64,000 nt of DNA, taken from Octopus sinensis (lineage: Eukaryota). Positions 1 through 12,439 of the stretch are shown one piece after another (within the stretch, counting starts at the first letter, position 1; every line of letters starts with the position of its first letter). The translations under genes and the position numbers were made by a program. The notes beneath the pieces are model-generated. The model searched no databases, was not told the origin of the DNA, and was given only the letters and a program-made list of their open reading frames with translations. The DNA lies in contig NC_043012.1 of NCBI RefSeq assembly GCF_006345805.1, forward strand, positions 4,030,001 through 4,094,000. Reading direction: 5' to 3'.

Positions 1-40
1 GGGTTAGTAGCCTGCACTCTTAACCACTGCGCCATATGCC
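1..40 (-). mobile_element. tRNA-derived SINE head (family D/E-like), cut by window edge
   Basis: Reverse complement ggcatatggcgcagtggttaagagtgcaggctactaaccc has an A-box (tggcgcagtgg) like the other SINE heads here. Confidence 0.6.
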
Positions 41-284
41 CAACGTTGTATTAGCAACAAACAAGATGAGGACAAATATCCGTCAAATGTAAAAAATGAT
101 GAAATGACTGTGATTTAAATTAAATGCTACCAAATAATTCAGTTGAAAATAAAGTTTATTATTTTTATTACCTTTTACTAATGTTTCACATTTCATCCTT
201 CTTTCCTTACAAGTGTCAATCTATAAAGAAAATAATTCTATAAGGAAACCTCTGCATATGTGTTGGAGGAACAATTTCTTTTTT

Positions 285-790
285 ACCAGGGGCCAAATTG
301 TAAGTGTGCCAGGGGAGGCTGGAAACGGCCACGATCGGTTGGTGCTTTTTATGTGCCACCAGCACGGAAGCCAGTCAAGGCAGCGCTGGCATCAGCCATG
401 TTCAGATGGTACTTTTTACATGTCACTGGCTTGGGTATCACAACTACAATTTCCATTTGATTTTTATTTTGATGTTGATGTACTTGACTCAATAGGTCTC
501 CTCAAGCACAGTAGGTTGCCCTATGAGCCAAGGTAAGCACAGCAGGCAATCCTGCGATCAAAGGTACTTTGGATGAGCTGGGGCTGGTTGTGTGAAGCTG
601 GTGCAGGAAACAGCCATGAACTCACATTATTTGTCAGGTCTTTGCAGTCACAGCATATCTTCAGAGGTCTCGGTCTTTTGTCATTGTTTCTGTGAGGCCC
701 AACATCCGAAGGTCATGCTAGACCACCTCATCCCATGTCTTCCTGGGTCTATCTCTACCTCGGATTCCTTCAACTGTTTGGGAGTAGCAC
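285..790 (-). mobile_element. RTE-clade LINE fragment: ORF C-terminus plus 3' UTR with ~60-bp modules (family C)
   Basis: Minus strand ~790-630 reads VEGIRGRDRPRKTWDEVV*HDLRMLGLTETMTKDRDL*RYAV (RTE GRP..W / DR..WR motif), running into ggtggcacataaaaagcacc modules at 300-430. Confidence 0.8.
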
Positions 791-1014
791 TTCACGGCAA
801 AATTTCATTCACATCACATCGTATCATCTTGAAAAGTGAAAGACATTGTATAATGTAGTTCTAGATACACTATGTCTGGTCATAAGATACTTTTACAGTG
901 GAAGATTATTAGTGATTCTTATGCAGATTTCTGACTTACAAAATAATAATGATAATAAAACAAAACAACATTGTATGAAAGTGCATCATCATAATCATTA
1001 GCATCCTTTTTCCA

Positions 1015-1283
1015 TTCCTGTGCAGGTGGCACATAAAAAAACACCATGAGCGTGGCCGTTGCCAGTACTGCCTGACTGGCCCTTATGCTGGTGGCACGTA
1101 AAAGCACCCACTACACTCTTGGAGTGGTTGGCGTTAGGAAGGGCATCCAGCTGTAGAAACTCTGCCAGATCAGATTGGAGTCTGGTGCAGCCATCTGGTT
1201 CACCAAACCTCAGTCAAATCATCCTACCCATGCTAGCAGGGAAAGTGGACATTAAACGATGATGATGATGATGATGATGATGA
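1015..1283 (+). mobile_element. Family C RTE 3' end, 5'-truncated
   Basis: Module(s), then aaaagcacccactacactct...gttggcgttaggaagggcatccagctgtagaaa...ggacattaaac(gat)n tail. Confidence 0.85.
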
Positions 1284-1429
1284 CCTCAGTGTCAATGAAA
1301 AAATAACCTCATCTGCCCTTTCTCATACACATTACATGACCAAAACATTACAGCTGTCTCTCTTGCATACTCCAGCTGATTCCCTTTTTGCCTAATTTTT
1401 CTCTCAATACCTTACCACTCTGTCATACA

Positions 1430-1575
1430 TGGCACATCCAGTAGAGCATACTAGCTTTGTTCCTCTAGTTTTTGCATGTCCTTTCCTCAAAGAGTCCACA
1501 TTTCATTACCATGTAGCATTACTGTCCATACACAAGCATCATACAACCTGCCTTTCAGAGAGAAGGCAGTGCTTA
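1430..1575 (-). mobile_element. Decayed RTE reverse-transcriptase fragment
   Basis: Minus strand reads KGRLYDACVWTVMLHGNEMW (RTE K..LY...V...MLYGSETW motif). Confidence 0.7.
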
Positions 1576-2524
1576 TGACCTTTTTCTGGGCCTCTGAGAC
1601 TGATATGTTGGAAGAAGGTGGTGGAATAAGTCTACCACTGTGGGATCTGAATACAGAATTTAAAGTTCCAGAACAAATACTGCAAAGTATCTTGCCTGAT
1701 GCATGAACATTTCTGCCAATCCACCACCCTGAGCTGCTATTTAATTTTCTTTACCCCTGGAAAACGAAAGGCAAAGTTGACGTCAGTAAGGTTTGAAATC
1801 AGAATGCAAAGAGCTGGAAGAAATATCACAAGGTATGACTCTGCCAAGAAATAGCAGGTAAATCTCCATCAAATCACACTCTTCTGTTTCAAAGGAGGGT
1901 CACATACACCAGATAATGTCTGAGATACATGCAAGCAAAGCCATCATTTGCAAGCTTGTATGACTTGGTAGCTTGTGCATTATGTTTTTGCTAATTGATT
2001 TTGGTGTCTATGTAGTTGTTAGAAAACATTGATGTCCTTTTGGTCCTCCTAACTTTGAGCTTGTGGACATGACATCAAGGAGGTGACAGTTGGCTTGAGT
2101 GAGGTTTGCACCAACATTTGGTTGGTATTCATTGAGAACACTGGAGACCCATCATCAAAGAGGAACTAACAACTTATGAGACCAGTGGGATTGCTGAACA
2201 AGAGGAGGCACAGAAAAGATAGAAAGGAACAGCCTAGAAGAGACCCTTCATTTGGAACCACCTGTCTCACTTGGAAATTTTTTTAGATATTTTATTGTTG
2301 TCTTCCACCATTCTTGATCTTGAGGGGTAGACACAATGTTGACAATAAAAAGTTTTAAAAAATTACTCCAGGCCCTGTATGTGAAATTGGGTCACTCAAA
2401 AGTTTTAAAGCACCGAAAACTTATTTCCCTTGAATATGCATTGCTGAAATTGGAGTGTATCTTATGTTACTGTGTGTCTTTTATGCTATCAAATGTAATA
2501 TTTATGTGATCAAAATTTTGGGGG

Positions 2525-2880
2525 AGGGGTCCAGTCAATTAGATCAACCCCAGTATACAACTAGTACTTAATTTATCGAAACCGAAAGGATGAAAGGCAA
2601 AGTCAACCTCAGCGAATTTGAACTCAGAATGTAAAGACTGATGAAATACCTATTTCTTTATTACCCACAAGGGGCTAAACACAGAGGGGACAAACAAGGA
2701 CAGACATAGGTATTAAGTCGATTACATCGACCCCAGTGCATAACTGGTACTTAATTTATCGACCCCGAAAGGATGAAAGGCAAAGTCGACCTCGGCGGAT
2801 TTTGAACTCACAACGTAACCCAGACGAAATACCGCTAAGCATTTCGCTTGGCGTGCTAACATTTCTGCCAGCTCACCACC
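2525..2880 (-). mobile_element. SINE family B: full copy (2651-2880) abutting a partial copy
   Basis: tRNA-like head ggtgagctggcagaa...gagttcaaa, core gtcgactttgcctttcatcctttcggggtcgataaattaagtaccag, tail ending aataaagaaata; matches 12205-12439 and 14388-14620. Confidence 0.85.
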
Positions 2881-3628
2881 ATAGTATTTATGTGACATAC
2901 AAGAGTGTTGCCCATTGTATAACAAGTAACTTTGGGAGTATATTTTTGTCACAGTGGCTAATATCAGAAAATAGGGCATACATATAGTAATTATAGTTTA
3001 ATTTTTACCAAATTTCGTAGTGCAAATACAAAATGATGAATGCTAATTTTCAAAAGAAAAATATTCTTCAAATAAAAATAAATGGAACAAATTTCTCATT
3101 TGTATATTTGCAATAAATATATGTTATTATTTTTCTAAATTTTATCAACATAATTGTATTCAACTCCATCTTTGCAAAATTTCATTTAAGAAAAGGAAAG
3201 AAAAAAGCAGGGGGGGGGGTCAGAAAAATATGTGGTGAGGCACCAATTAGGAGTTATACTCCCTCACTCTCATCAAGCCTAGTAGGTGCACATATCTTCC
3301 ATGTTTGATGTTAAGCTCTCTTTATCTCTCTTTGCGCTCCCCACCTCTTTATATCACACACATGTACATATTCACACATTTTTTTGCAAGCCAAATCTTT
3401 ATACCATTACTGCGCTGAGTTTTCTGTTGCTATCATGTCCCCATAAATCATCTTCAGGAATATGATAGCAACAAGAAACTCTTAAGTTGCAATGAAGTGA
3501 AGTGTCAGATTTAAATAAATTGATAAAGGCGTCTACCACTAATATCAAGTACTTGTTTTTCTTGCTTGTCTATCCAAAGATACATTCACTCATACATGCA
3601 CGCACAAACACACACACACACAACATAT

Positions 3629-3671
<43 letters not shown>

Positions 3672-3799
3672 ACACGTATATATGTAGATAGATGTGTATA
3701 TATATATATATATATATATGTCCAGCCCATGCTAGCATGGAAAACGGACACTAAACGATGATGATGTATATATGTCGCCATGATTGCCCCCTAACTCCA

Positions 3800-3950
3800 A
3801 AAGTTTTTTGTATTCTCTCTCTGTTTATTTCCTTGTGTTCCTTTCTGTTGAAGAGCATAGGCTTGAAATGTAAAAGACTTTCCCACTTTCCTGAGTGTTA
3901 AACTAATTCAGCTATCTTTGTCTTTTGTTTTTCTGTAAATTTCAATTATT
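3800..3950 (+). mobile_element. Penelope-like (PLE) terminal remnant with hammerhead-like motif
   Basis: Contains ctttCTGTTGAagagcataggcttGAAAtgtaaaag, abuts (TA)n; degraded sister copy near 56345-56500. Confidence 0.6.
3841..3876 (+). ncRNA. Minimal type I hammerhead-like motif (core A6 to U, probably impaired)
   Basis: Stem I CUUU/AAAG; core CUGuUGA+A; stem II GAGC-auag-GCUU; GAAA; U-GUA triplet. Confidence 0.5.
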
Positions 3951-4883
3951 ATATATACATATACATAAAAATATGTTATGTATATATATATATATATTAT
4001 ATTATATATATATATAATATATATATATATTATATATATATATATATATATATGTATTATATATATATATATATATATATGTATGTTATATATATATATA
4101 AATATTATATATATATATAATATATGTGTGTGTGTGTGTGTGTGTATATGTATATGTATGCACATATATATATTCGGAAAAGTATTAATTTAGCAGTTTC
4201 ATCTCATTTCAGAGAACCATCAGGAACATACATGTATGTGTGTATTATGTATGTATGTATGCATGTGAGTATGTATGTGTGTGTGTTTATACATCATCAT
4301 CATCATCATCATCATATATATATACATATATTCACACAAAATGGTTATCGAGAAGACTGGCCATTTTAATCCTAGTAAGCTATTTAGAACATTGCTCACT
4401 GCTGGGTTTCCCAACCTTGAGTGTAATGTGTGTGTGTGTGTGTGTGTATAAATTAATTTTGTTATCTCCTTAAATTATTAGCAGTAAATAAAAAAAAAAC
4501 CCTCAAAAAACAAGACCTGTAAAAGTATATAAAAATGCAACTAATTGTTAATAACACCACTGATAGTTTTTGTTGCTGTTGTTGTTGATTTTGCATATCT
4601 TTATCTTGTTTTAGAAAATAAGGGGATCTGTAGGGATTACTAAACACGATTATTTTATAGAATTCATTGTTGTTAGGGGATTAACTGAGCTGAAGGGCTG
4701 AAGATAAATTATTTGAGCACCTTAAAATAAAATCTCTGCTCTGGGCTAAAATAAACACAAGTCTTTATTTATGTTGGGTTTTATTTATTTTCTTTTATTT
4801 TTTATATTTACTTGTTCTTATGATATTTATATCATAAACATTTCATTTATTTATTTTCCTTAATAATGTATCAAGCACTGTGG

Positions 4884-5181
4884 ATTGACCAGGCTATCAG
4901 ATGTTGCTACACATCGCTGGTCACAATGCGCTTCACATTGTTTTAACCTTCAAATGACGCCACCTCGCTGGTTAAGTGAGCAGGCCAACAGAAGAAAGAG
5001 TGAGAGAAAGTTGTGGCGAAAGAGTACAGCAGGGATCGCGCCCCCCCCCCCTGCCAGAGCCTCGTGGTGCTTTAGGTGTTTTTGCTCAATAAACACTCAC
5101 AACGCCCGGTCTGGGAATTGAAACTGCGATCCTACGACGACCACGAGTCTGCTGCCCTAACCACTGGGCCATTGCGCCTCC
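4884..5181 (-). mobile_element. tRNA-derived SINE family E
   Basis: Head ggaggcgcaatggcccagtggttagggcagc...gtttcaattccc (A and B boxes), internal G-run; second copy at 18196-18479. Confidence 0.8.
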
Positions 5182-5325
5182 ACACACACACACACATACA
5201 CACACATATATATACATAGAGAAAGAGAGAAAGAGTCTTTAAGGCAGTACTGAGAATGTTGCACATAACAGATAAGATGATACAAGCTTGAGTTACATAC
5301 AGGGTGTTCAAAAAGTCTCTCTGTA

Positions 5326-5727
5326 GGCGCAGGAGTGGCTGTGTGGTAAGTAGCTTGCTAACCAACCACATGGTTCCGGGTTCAGTCCCACTGCGTGGCA
5401 TCTTGGGCAAGTGTCTTCTGCTATAGCCCCGGCCCGACCAATGCCTTGTGAGTGGATTTGGTAGACGGAAACTGAAAGAAGCCTGTCGTATATATGTGTA
5501 TATATATATATATATGTATGTATGTGTGTGTGTGTGTTTGTCCCCCTAGCATTGCTTGACAACTGATGCTGGTGTGTTTACATCCCCGTCACTTAGCGGT
5601 TTGGCAAAAGAGACCGATAGAATAAGTACTGGGCTTACAAAGAATAAGTCCCGGGGTCGATTTGCTCGACTAAAGGCGGTGCTCCAGCATGGCCACAGTC
5701 AAATGACTGAAACAAGTAAAAGAGTAA
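5326..5727 (+). mobile_element. SINE family A, full length (tRNA head, CORE-like block, internal microsatellite, 3' module)
   Basis: A box tggctgtgtgg, B box ggttcagtccc, cttgggcaagtgtctt block, internal (TA)n(TG)n, tail gtcaaatgactgaaacaagtaaaagag. Confidence 0.9.
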
Positions 5728-5976
5728 GTATTTTTTTGCAAAATATATATCTATAAGATGGTTATAAGACTACAAAAGAATATATTAGACTTTACAAGAC
5801 TTTAGAAAAACTTTATAAGAGGTGTTGAAGGTGTCGTCCTTCATTTTCAATACATAGGTTGACTGTTCTACACATGTTTTGATGAAAAACTGGATGAAAA
5901 AATTCACTGCAGATAATGTAGTTTATAGTTCCAATGTATCAACAAAAAAGTACTCCAGTGAGAGGTAAATATCTTT

Positions 5977-6173
5977 TAATATACACAATTGCAAAATAAC
6001 TACTAACAGTTTCATGCTTTAAGATACATTAAATTGGTAGATTTAAATAACATGTCATGTATCTCCAAGAAGTCTTTCAGGCTGGAAGTATATGGCATGT
6101 TATATGAATCTGCCAATTTAGTGTATCTTAAAGCATGAAACTGTTAGTAATTATTTTGTAATTGTGTATATTA
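5977..6173. repeat. Imperfect foldback inverted repeat, ~90-bp arms, ~15-bp loop
   Basis: taatatacacaattgcaaaataactactaacagtttcatgc... pairs with ...gcatgaaactgttagtaattattttgtaattgtgtatatta. Confidence 0.9.
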
Positions 6174-8655
6174 TTAAATGATATGAGTGTGTATGTCATT
6201 ATTCAGTTTATTTCAAGATTTCTTGCCAATAGACAACGAACCGGTTTCTAACCTAGATCCAAGGTTCCTTCATTGGAATTTTAACATCAACAACAGGGTA
6301 TGTATGTATGTATGTGCAGATTTGTATGTTTTATGTATGTGTTCTCATGCATATTGTTACATGTAATGATAGTCACACTAAATTAAGCAAAGCGTGGACA
6401 TATCTGCAGATAAATTCTGCAAATATGAGACGTATGGTATCAAAGGCCACAAAAATATGTTGTTTCTTAACATCTAATTGTATAAAGGACATTTCTATCA
6501 TCATCATGACTTTTGAAACTGGTTAAGTTGAAAATACTGAAAGTTGCTCAAGTTTGATACTTTTTATTTACATTCTTTTATTCTTTTATTTTTATTCTTT
6601 TATTCTTTTATTCTTTTATTTACATTCTTAAATGAGAACTTTTGTTTTCACTTTTGTATTTACTTTAAATGACATTGAAAAAACTGTTTTCAAAGTTATG
6701 TCAAGCTCCAGACATGGGTTTGCATTTGATGGAGTCAAATCTATCCTTAGAAATAGTGACAATACCAGAAATGTTGAAAAATGGACATCTCAGTTTGTGG
6801 AAAATCTTGACATGATAGAGCAGAATGGATTTCATTTTTGAAATTGGCACCCAGAATTAGTAGGAGACATGTCTCCAACATCAGACAACAAAAACCTTGT
6901 TCCCCAGTGTTAATGCCTACAATTTGTCACTCAAAATCTATGTTAAATTCTTACCTTCACGGCTTCATCTACCATTGTATATCAGAGATTGCTTAATAAA
7001 AAATTAATCTTTCTCCTTTATATTTAAGTAATACCAAGAGTGAGACAGTTAGTGGTGTTTTACTTAGATTCCGTTGAATGTAAGGTAAGAGTAAAAACAG
7101 AAAGAAATAGACAAATAAATAAATTAATAGATGTTTTTCACCTTGATTAATTAGCTAACACAATGGTTTCTCGAATAACTGATATATTATTCCAAGTAAA
7201 TTGGAATTAACAAAAGTTTAAAGATATTCACTAATTAATGAGTTGTAATGAACAGCTGAGTCAACTTAGAGGTAGTAATGGTGGTGGTGGTGGTGGTGAT
7301 GGTGGGGACAAAAAAATGGAAAAAGAAAGATAAGATGTAAGAAGAAAAAGGAAGGAAAATACCTGGGAACAACTTATTAGTTCCTGGTAGAAATTACATC
7401 ATCATCATCATCATCTTCATAATCATCATCATCACATCATCATAATCATCATCATCATATTCATCAACATCATTATCATCATCATCATCACCACCACTGC
7501 CACCACCGCCGCTGTCATCGTTGCCATCATCATCATCATCATCACTATCATAATCACCACTGATACTATCATTATTATCCACTGTACTATCATCCTCTTT
7601 TCTACCACTGCCCCCCCCCCCGTAAGTGTGAAAGGTATCAAAATAAAATGATTAAAACGCATGCAATATCATAACATAAAATTGACAATGAAAGAAATGT
7701 GTGGCATGATGTCTGTGTACAGAATATATTTGTGAGTGTATGTGTGTGTGTGTGAATGTGCTTCTGTTATCTGATTGAAATTTAGCTCTCTGGTCAGCAG
7801 TGATTGAGCAGCTGACCAATGCCCAGAGCATTTCAAACACATACACCCTATCTACCACAACCACCACCACTACCATTGCCACTATTGCTGCTGCTAGAGC
7901 TGTGGTGTCTGCTGTTTATTAAGATGTCTTTCTTAGGTAATATAGTTACGTGTGGTTACTAAGATGCATAACGCAGTGAGTAATAGAAACATTTTTCAAA
8001 ATTTATCAAATATATATACCAGTGGTGAAAAGAAAAAGGAAAAAAAATCATTTGTGTCAATGATAACTCTTGAAAAAGAAGGGAAGGCAGACAACTTTGG
8101 AATGAAATTAATCTAAAATTAATTTCAAATTGTATTTCATGCAGTGGGACTGAACTTGGGACCATGTCATTGGGAAGCAAACATCTTACCACACAGTCAC
8201 ACCTTTGAGAAGAAAAGAAAATCAATGTAGATTCAGTTCTAATAGTAGGTCCACATTTAAATTTTTAATCAGTTTGGATTTCAGAGTTGTTCCTCTTGTA
8301 TTTCTTGACAAGAATTATTCTTGCACCTTTTGTTATCATATTTCTTTTGAAAAATACAGCTTTTGTTGGAATCAGTTTTGAAAATTTTGAAAAGAAAGAA
8401 AGATAGAAACTATATCATTAATAAGCTGGCATTTGGAACATTACTGCGAAATTTTGGTGGAAGATTTTAAGAGAAACCATTTTAAGTTGAAGTTTATATC
8501 AAAGAACAAAGAATGATCTCAGACGGTTTGGTATCACAAGGGTTAACAGAATAACGATTTTTCTTATCTTTACATGATGATGATGATGATGATGAGAATG
8601 ATGATGATAATAATGATAATAACTTTAATTGATTAATTCTTTTTTCATTACTACA

Positions 8656-8700
8656 GTAGATGGAAACTGAAAGAAGCCTGTCGTATATATGTGTATACAC

Positions 8701-8756
<56 letters not shown>

Positions 8757-8957
8757 GTATGTTTGTCCCCTCAATATCGCTTGATGACCGATGCTGGTGT
8801 GTTTACATCCCCATAACTTAGCGGTTCGGCAAAAGTGATTGATAGAATAAGTACTAGGCTTACAAAGAATAAGTCCTGGGGTCGATTTGCTCGACTAAAG
8901 GCAGTGCTCCAGCATAGCCACAGTCAAATGACTGAAACAAGTAAAAGAGTAAAGAGT
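8656..8957 (+). mobile_element. SINE family A, 5'-truncated
   Basis: Starts at gtagatggaaactgaaagaagcc; internal microsatellite; complete tail. Confidence 0.85.
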
Positions 8958-9065
8958 TATATTTTTATAATTAAATATTATTAGAAATTGTATAAAAAAA
9001 AAAGAATTTAAATATTTTGGGTATTGTAGAAGTATGACCAATTTACTGCCCATAAATTTTAACAA

Positions 9066-9459
9066 GCTGTGTGGTAAGTAGCTTGCTTACCAATCACATG
9101 GTTCCGGGTTCAGTCCCACTGCGTGGCATCTTGGGCAAGTGTCTTCTGCTATAGCCCCGGGCCGACCAATGCCTTGTGAGTGGATTTGGTAGACGGAAAC
9201 TGAAAGAAGCCTGTCGTATATATGTATATATATATATGTATGTGTTTGTGTGTCTGTGTTTGTTCCCCTAGCATTGCTTGACAACCGATGCTGGTGTGTT
9301 TACGTCCCCGTCACTTAGCGGTTCGGCAAAAAGAGACCGATAGAATAAGTACTGGGCTTACAAAAAGAATAAGTCCCGGGGTCAAGTTGCTCGACTAAAG
9401 GCGGTGCTCCAGCATGGCCACAGTCAAATGACTGAAACAAGTAAAAAAGCAAAAAAGAG
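9066..9459 (+). mobile_element. SINE family A, near full length
   Basis: Closely similar to 5326-5727, including diagnostic gtcacttagc and gtcccgggg. Confidence 0.9.
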
Positions 9460-9587
9460 TTATATTTTTATAATTAAATATTATTAGAAATTGTATCAAA
9501 AAAAGAAGAATTAAGATATTTTGTGTATTGTAGAAGTATGACCAATTTGCTGCACATAAATTTTAACAATAAAATCTGGCATGAACC

Positions 9588-9949
9588 CCCAAGGGCCATG
9601 TGGATCCCAAGAGCCATGTGGATCCCAAGGGCCATATGGATCCCAAGAGCCATGTGGATCCCAAGGGCCATATGGATCCCAAGAGCCATGTGGATCCCAA
9701 GAGCCATGTGGATCCCAAGAGCCATGTGGATCCCAAGAGCCATGTGGATCCCAAGAGCCATGTGGATCCCAAGAGCCATGTGGATCCCAAGAGCCATGTG
9801 GATCCCAAGAGCCATGTGGATCCCAAGGGCCATGTGGATCGCAAGAGCCATGTGGATCCCAAGAGCCATGTGGATCCCAAGAGCCATGTGGATCCCAAGA
9901 GCCATGTGGATCCCAAGGGCCATATGGATCCCAAGAGCCATGTGGATCC
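9588..9949. repeat. 18-bp minisatellite, ~20 copies (cccaagagccatgtggat)
   Basis: Direct tandem array with variants gggccatatgg and gggccatgtgg; ends against hAT-type terminus ggttgaaaaccactg (9951-9965). Confidence 0.95.
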
Positions 9950-10017
9950 TGGTTGAAAACCACTGGTCTAATGAATGGATGGTGTTAACCACAGTAGAAC
10001 AGACATGTTCTTTAGAT

Positions 10018-10319
10018 CAGTGCCTCTCAAACTATCTGATGTGGTGTACCAGCAGTTTTTTCTTGTTTTCCAATGTGCCAGGGACTGGTAATATTAATTT
10101 ATACTGGAAACAATGTATATATATATAATGAATATAATAATAAGAGTTGATAATTTTTAAAATCTTGTATTCATTTTGTAAACAAATAATACAATATTAC
10201 ATAAGCATTTTATAAGTATTTTATAATGTTTCTTTCTTTTCTGGAAGCTCACTGCGTACCAGCAGCTGATGGCTTGCAGAGTGGCACCGGTCCATGGACC
10301 ACCACTTTGAGTAGCACTG
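10018..10319. mobile_element. hAT/Charlie-like MITE, 302 bp
   Basis: TIRs cagtgcctctcaaa / tttgagtagcactg; perfect 8-bp TSD ctttagat at 10010-10017 and 10320-10327. Confidence 0.9.
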
Positions 10320-10639
10320 CTTTAGATTATCAACAACTACCGTGTCTCATGTATTTGTAAGACTTTCGAATGTAAAACATAATGAAAAATGTTGCCTTGA
10401 TTATAGGGACAATCTTTGCTACAATCCTGAATAAGGATTAGTGTTGTGTGCATATGTATATGTTGTGGTGGGGGTTGTAGCTGCACTGCATTTAGCATGA
10501 TCTTTCCCCTACAATCAGCTCAAAGAGAAGGCAATAACAATGAAGAACCACTGGTACAGAAACAGAAGCATAGGAAATAGTGTGGATACTCTACTTAGTA
10601 GCATGGAACATCGAGAGAGTACTTATGATATTTTTAGGA

Positions 10640-10942
10640 GCACTCCGTCGGTTACGACAACAAGGGTCCCAGCTGATATGATCAACGGAACAGTTTGCTC
10701 GTGAAATTAATGTGCAATTGACTGAGCAATCCACAAACGTAGTTCTCAGGGAGAATCAGTGTGACACAGTGTGACAGGGCCGGCCCTTTGAAATACAGGT
10801 ACAATTCATTTTTGCCAGCTGAGTGGACTGGAGCAACGTGAAATAAAATGTCTTGCTCAAGGACACAACGCATCGCTGGGAATTGAACTCATGACCTTAC
10901 AATCATGAGTTGAATGCCCTAACCACTAAGCCATGTGCCTTC
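10640..10942 (-). mobile_element. tRNA-derived SINE family D
   Basis: Head ggcacatggcttagtggttaggg...gagttcaattccc, then gtgtccttgagcaagaca...ttgctccagtccactcagctggcaaaaatga. Confidence 0.8.
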
Positions 10943-12204
10943 ACAATATTATTATTAAACTTGTTAGAAATAACAGCCAAGAATGTGGTGAGCTGACAGA
11001 AGAGTTTGCATGTCAAACAAAATGCTCAGTAATATTTCTCTGGCTCTTAACATTCTCAATTCATATTCTACCAAGGTCAAGCTTTGCCTTTCATTTTTCC
11101 AGGGTTGATAAAAGGCGGAAGAGTTGAGCTCTGGGGTCAATGTAATCGACTGCCTCCCCTCCCTCACCTTCAGGCCTTGTGCTTATAGCACAAAGACAAC
11201 AGCCAAGTTTCCTTGATAATGTTTGAGTGTGCAATCCAGCATACAATCTCTCTGCAAAAAAAAAAAAAAAGGAAGACAGGATAGCCATGGTTAGAATCAG
11301 TGTTCCCTCTAAGCTGTGCACATATGTGCTTACACAGATGTTTTGTGACAAGGAAATGGAAAAAATGTGTGCACAGAAGGTTTTAATGATGAAATCATAT
11401 ATTTTTAATTGAAGAAATTTGAGCAGAAATTACTCACATGAATACACACATACTCTGTAATAAAATACAAAATTTGCACACAAAGTGAATTTCTGTGCAC
11501 CAATACAGAAAAAAAAGGCTGAACATTGACTGAATTACATTTGATTCCAGATCTGTTTCATCAAGGATTATTTGAGACTAAACAACTGTAACAACAAGGG
11601 TGTGTAGGGAGCAGTAAGTTAAACTAGGTGTCATGTGTCTCCTACAGTTTTTCTGTTCTAGTTTGTATACCACTTCAATGCAGGGGGCATTCGTTTTTAC
11701 ATTCATGCACATCAGTGGTGCTCCAATCAACATGTCTCTCCATCGGACATCAAAGGCCTATCACAGTTAATTGGGTCCTGAAAGCTCCTTTCCTGAAATC
11801 AAGAGGTTGATGCTAGTTTATAAAAATTGAACTGTAGTCACGTGGAAACAGGAGAAGGAGGACAAGAGATAAGATGAGGGAAAGAAACAAAGGGAGTGAG
11901 AAGAAAGGAGAAGGAATGAAAGATAGTAGGGAGTGGGAGAAAGATACACAGGGGACAGCAAAGAGCTGGAAACAGCGCTGCAAGACATGTCATGTGAGGG
12001 ATTTTCTTCAATTATTCTGCCAATCCATTGCCCTAGATTGTTACTTTATTTATCAATCCTGAAAGAGAAGGAAAGGTAAAGTTGACCTTGGTGAGATTTG
12101 AACTCAGAGCACAGGGGGTCAGAATAAACAGCAAGGCATCCAATCTATTACTTTAACAACTTTGCCAATTTGCTGTTTATTTGATTGATTATCTGACTGT
12201 AAAT

Positions 12205-12439
12205 TCTTATTTCTTTATTGCCCACAAGGGGCTAAACATAGAGGGGACAAACAAGGACAGACAAAGGGATTAAGTCGATTACATCGACCCCAGTGTGTAA
12301 CTGGTACTTAATTTATCAACCCTGAAAGGATGAAAGGCAAAGTCGACCTCGGCAGAATTTGAACTCAGAACGCAATGGCAGACGAAATACCGCTAAGCAT
12401 TTCGCCCAGTGTGCTAACGTTTCTGCCAGCTCACCGCCT
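12205..12439 (-). mobile_element. SINE family B, full length with 16-bp TSD
   Basis: TSD tctgactgtaaattct at 12192-12207 and 12443-12458. Confidence 0.9.

Noticed and set aside
1-7. gggttag telomere-like start
   Set aside because: Single occurrence, explained as part of a reverse-strand SINE head
5299-5320. tacagggtgttcaaaaagtc Tc1/mariner-like terminus
   Set aside because: No matching opposite TIR or transposase trace found; too weak to annotate
5326-5395. SINE heads as functional tRNA genes
   Set aside because: A and B boxes are present but there is no proper cloverleaf, and each runs into a SINE body
9474-10128. Overlapping ORFs in all six frames with hexapeptide repeats
   Set aside because: An 18-bp unit with no stop codon in any frame; it lies in a MITE end and has no non-repetitive coding flank
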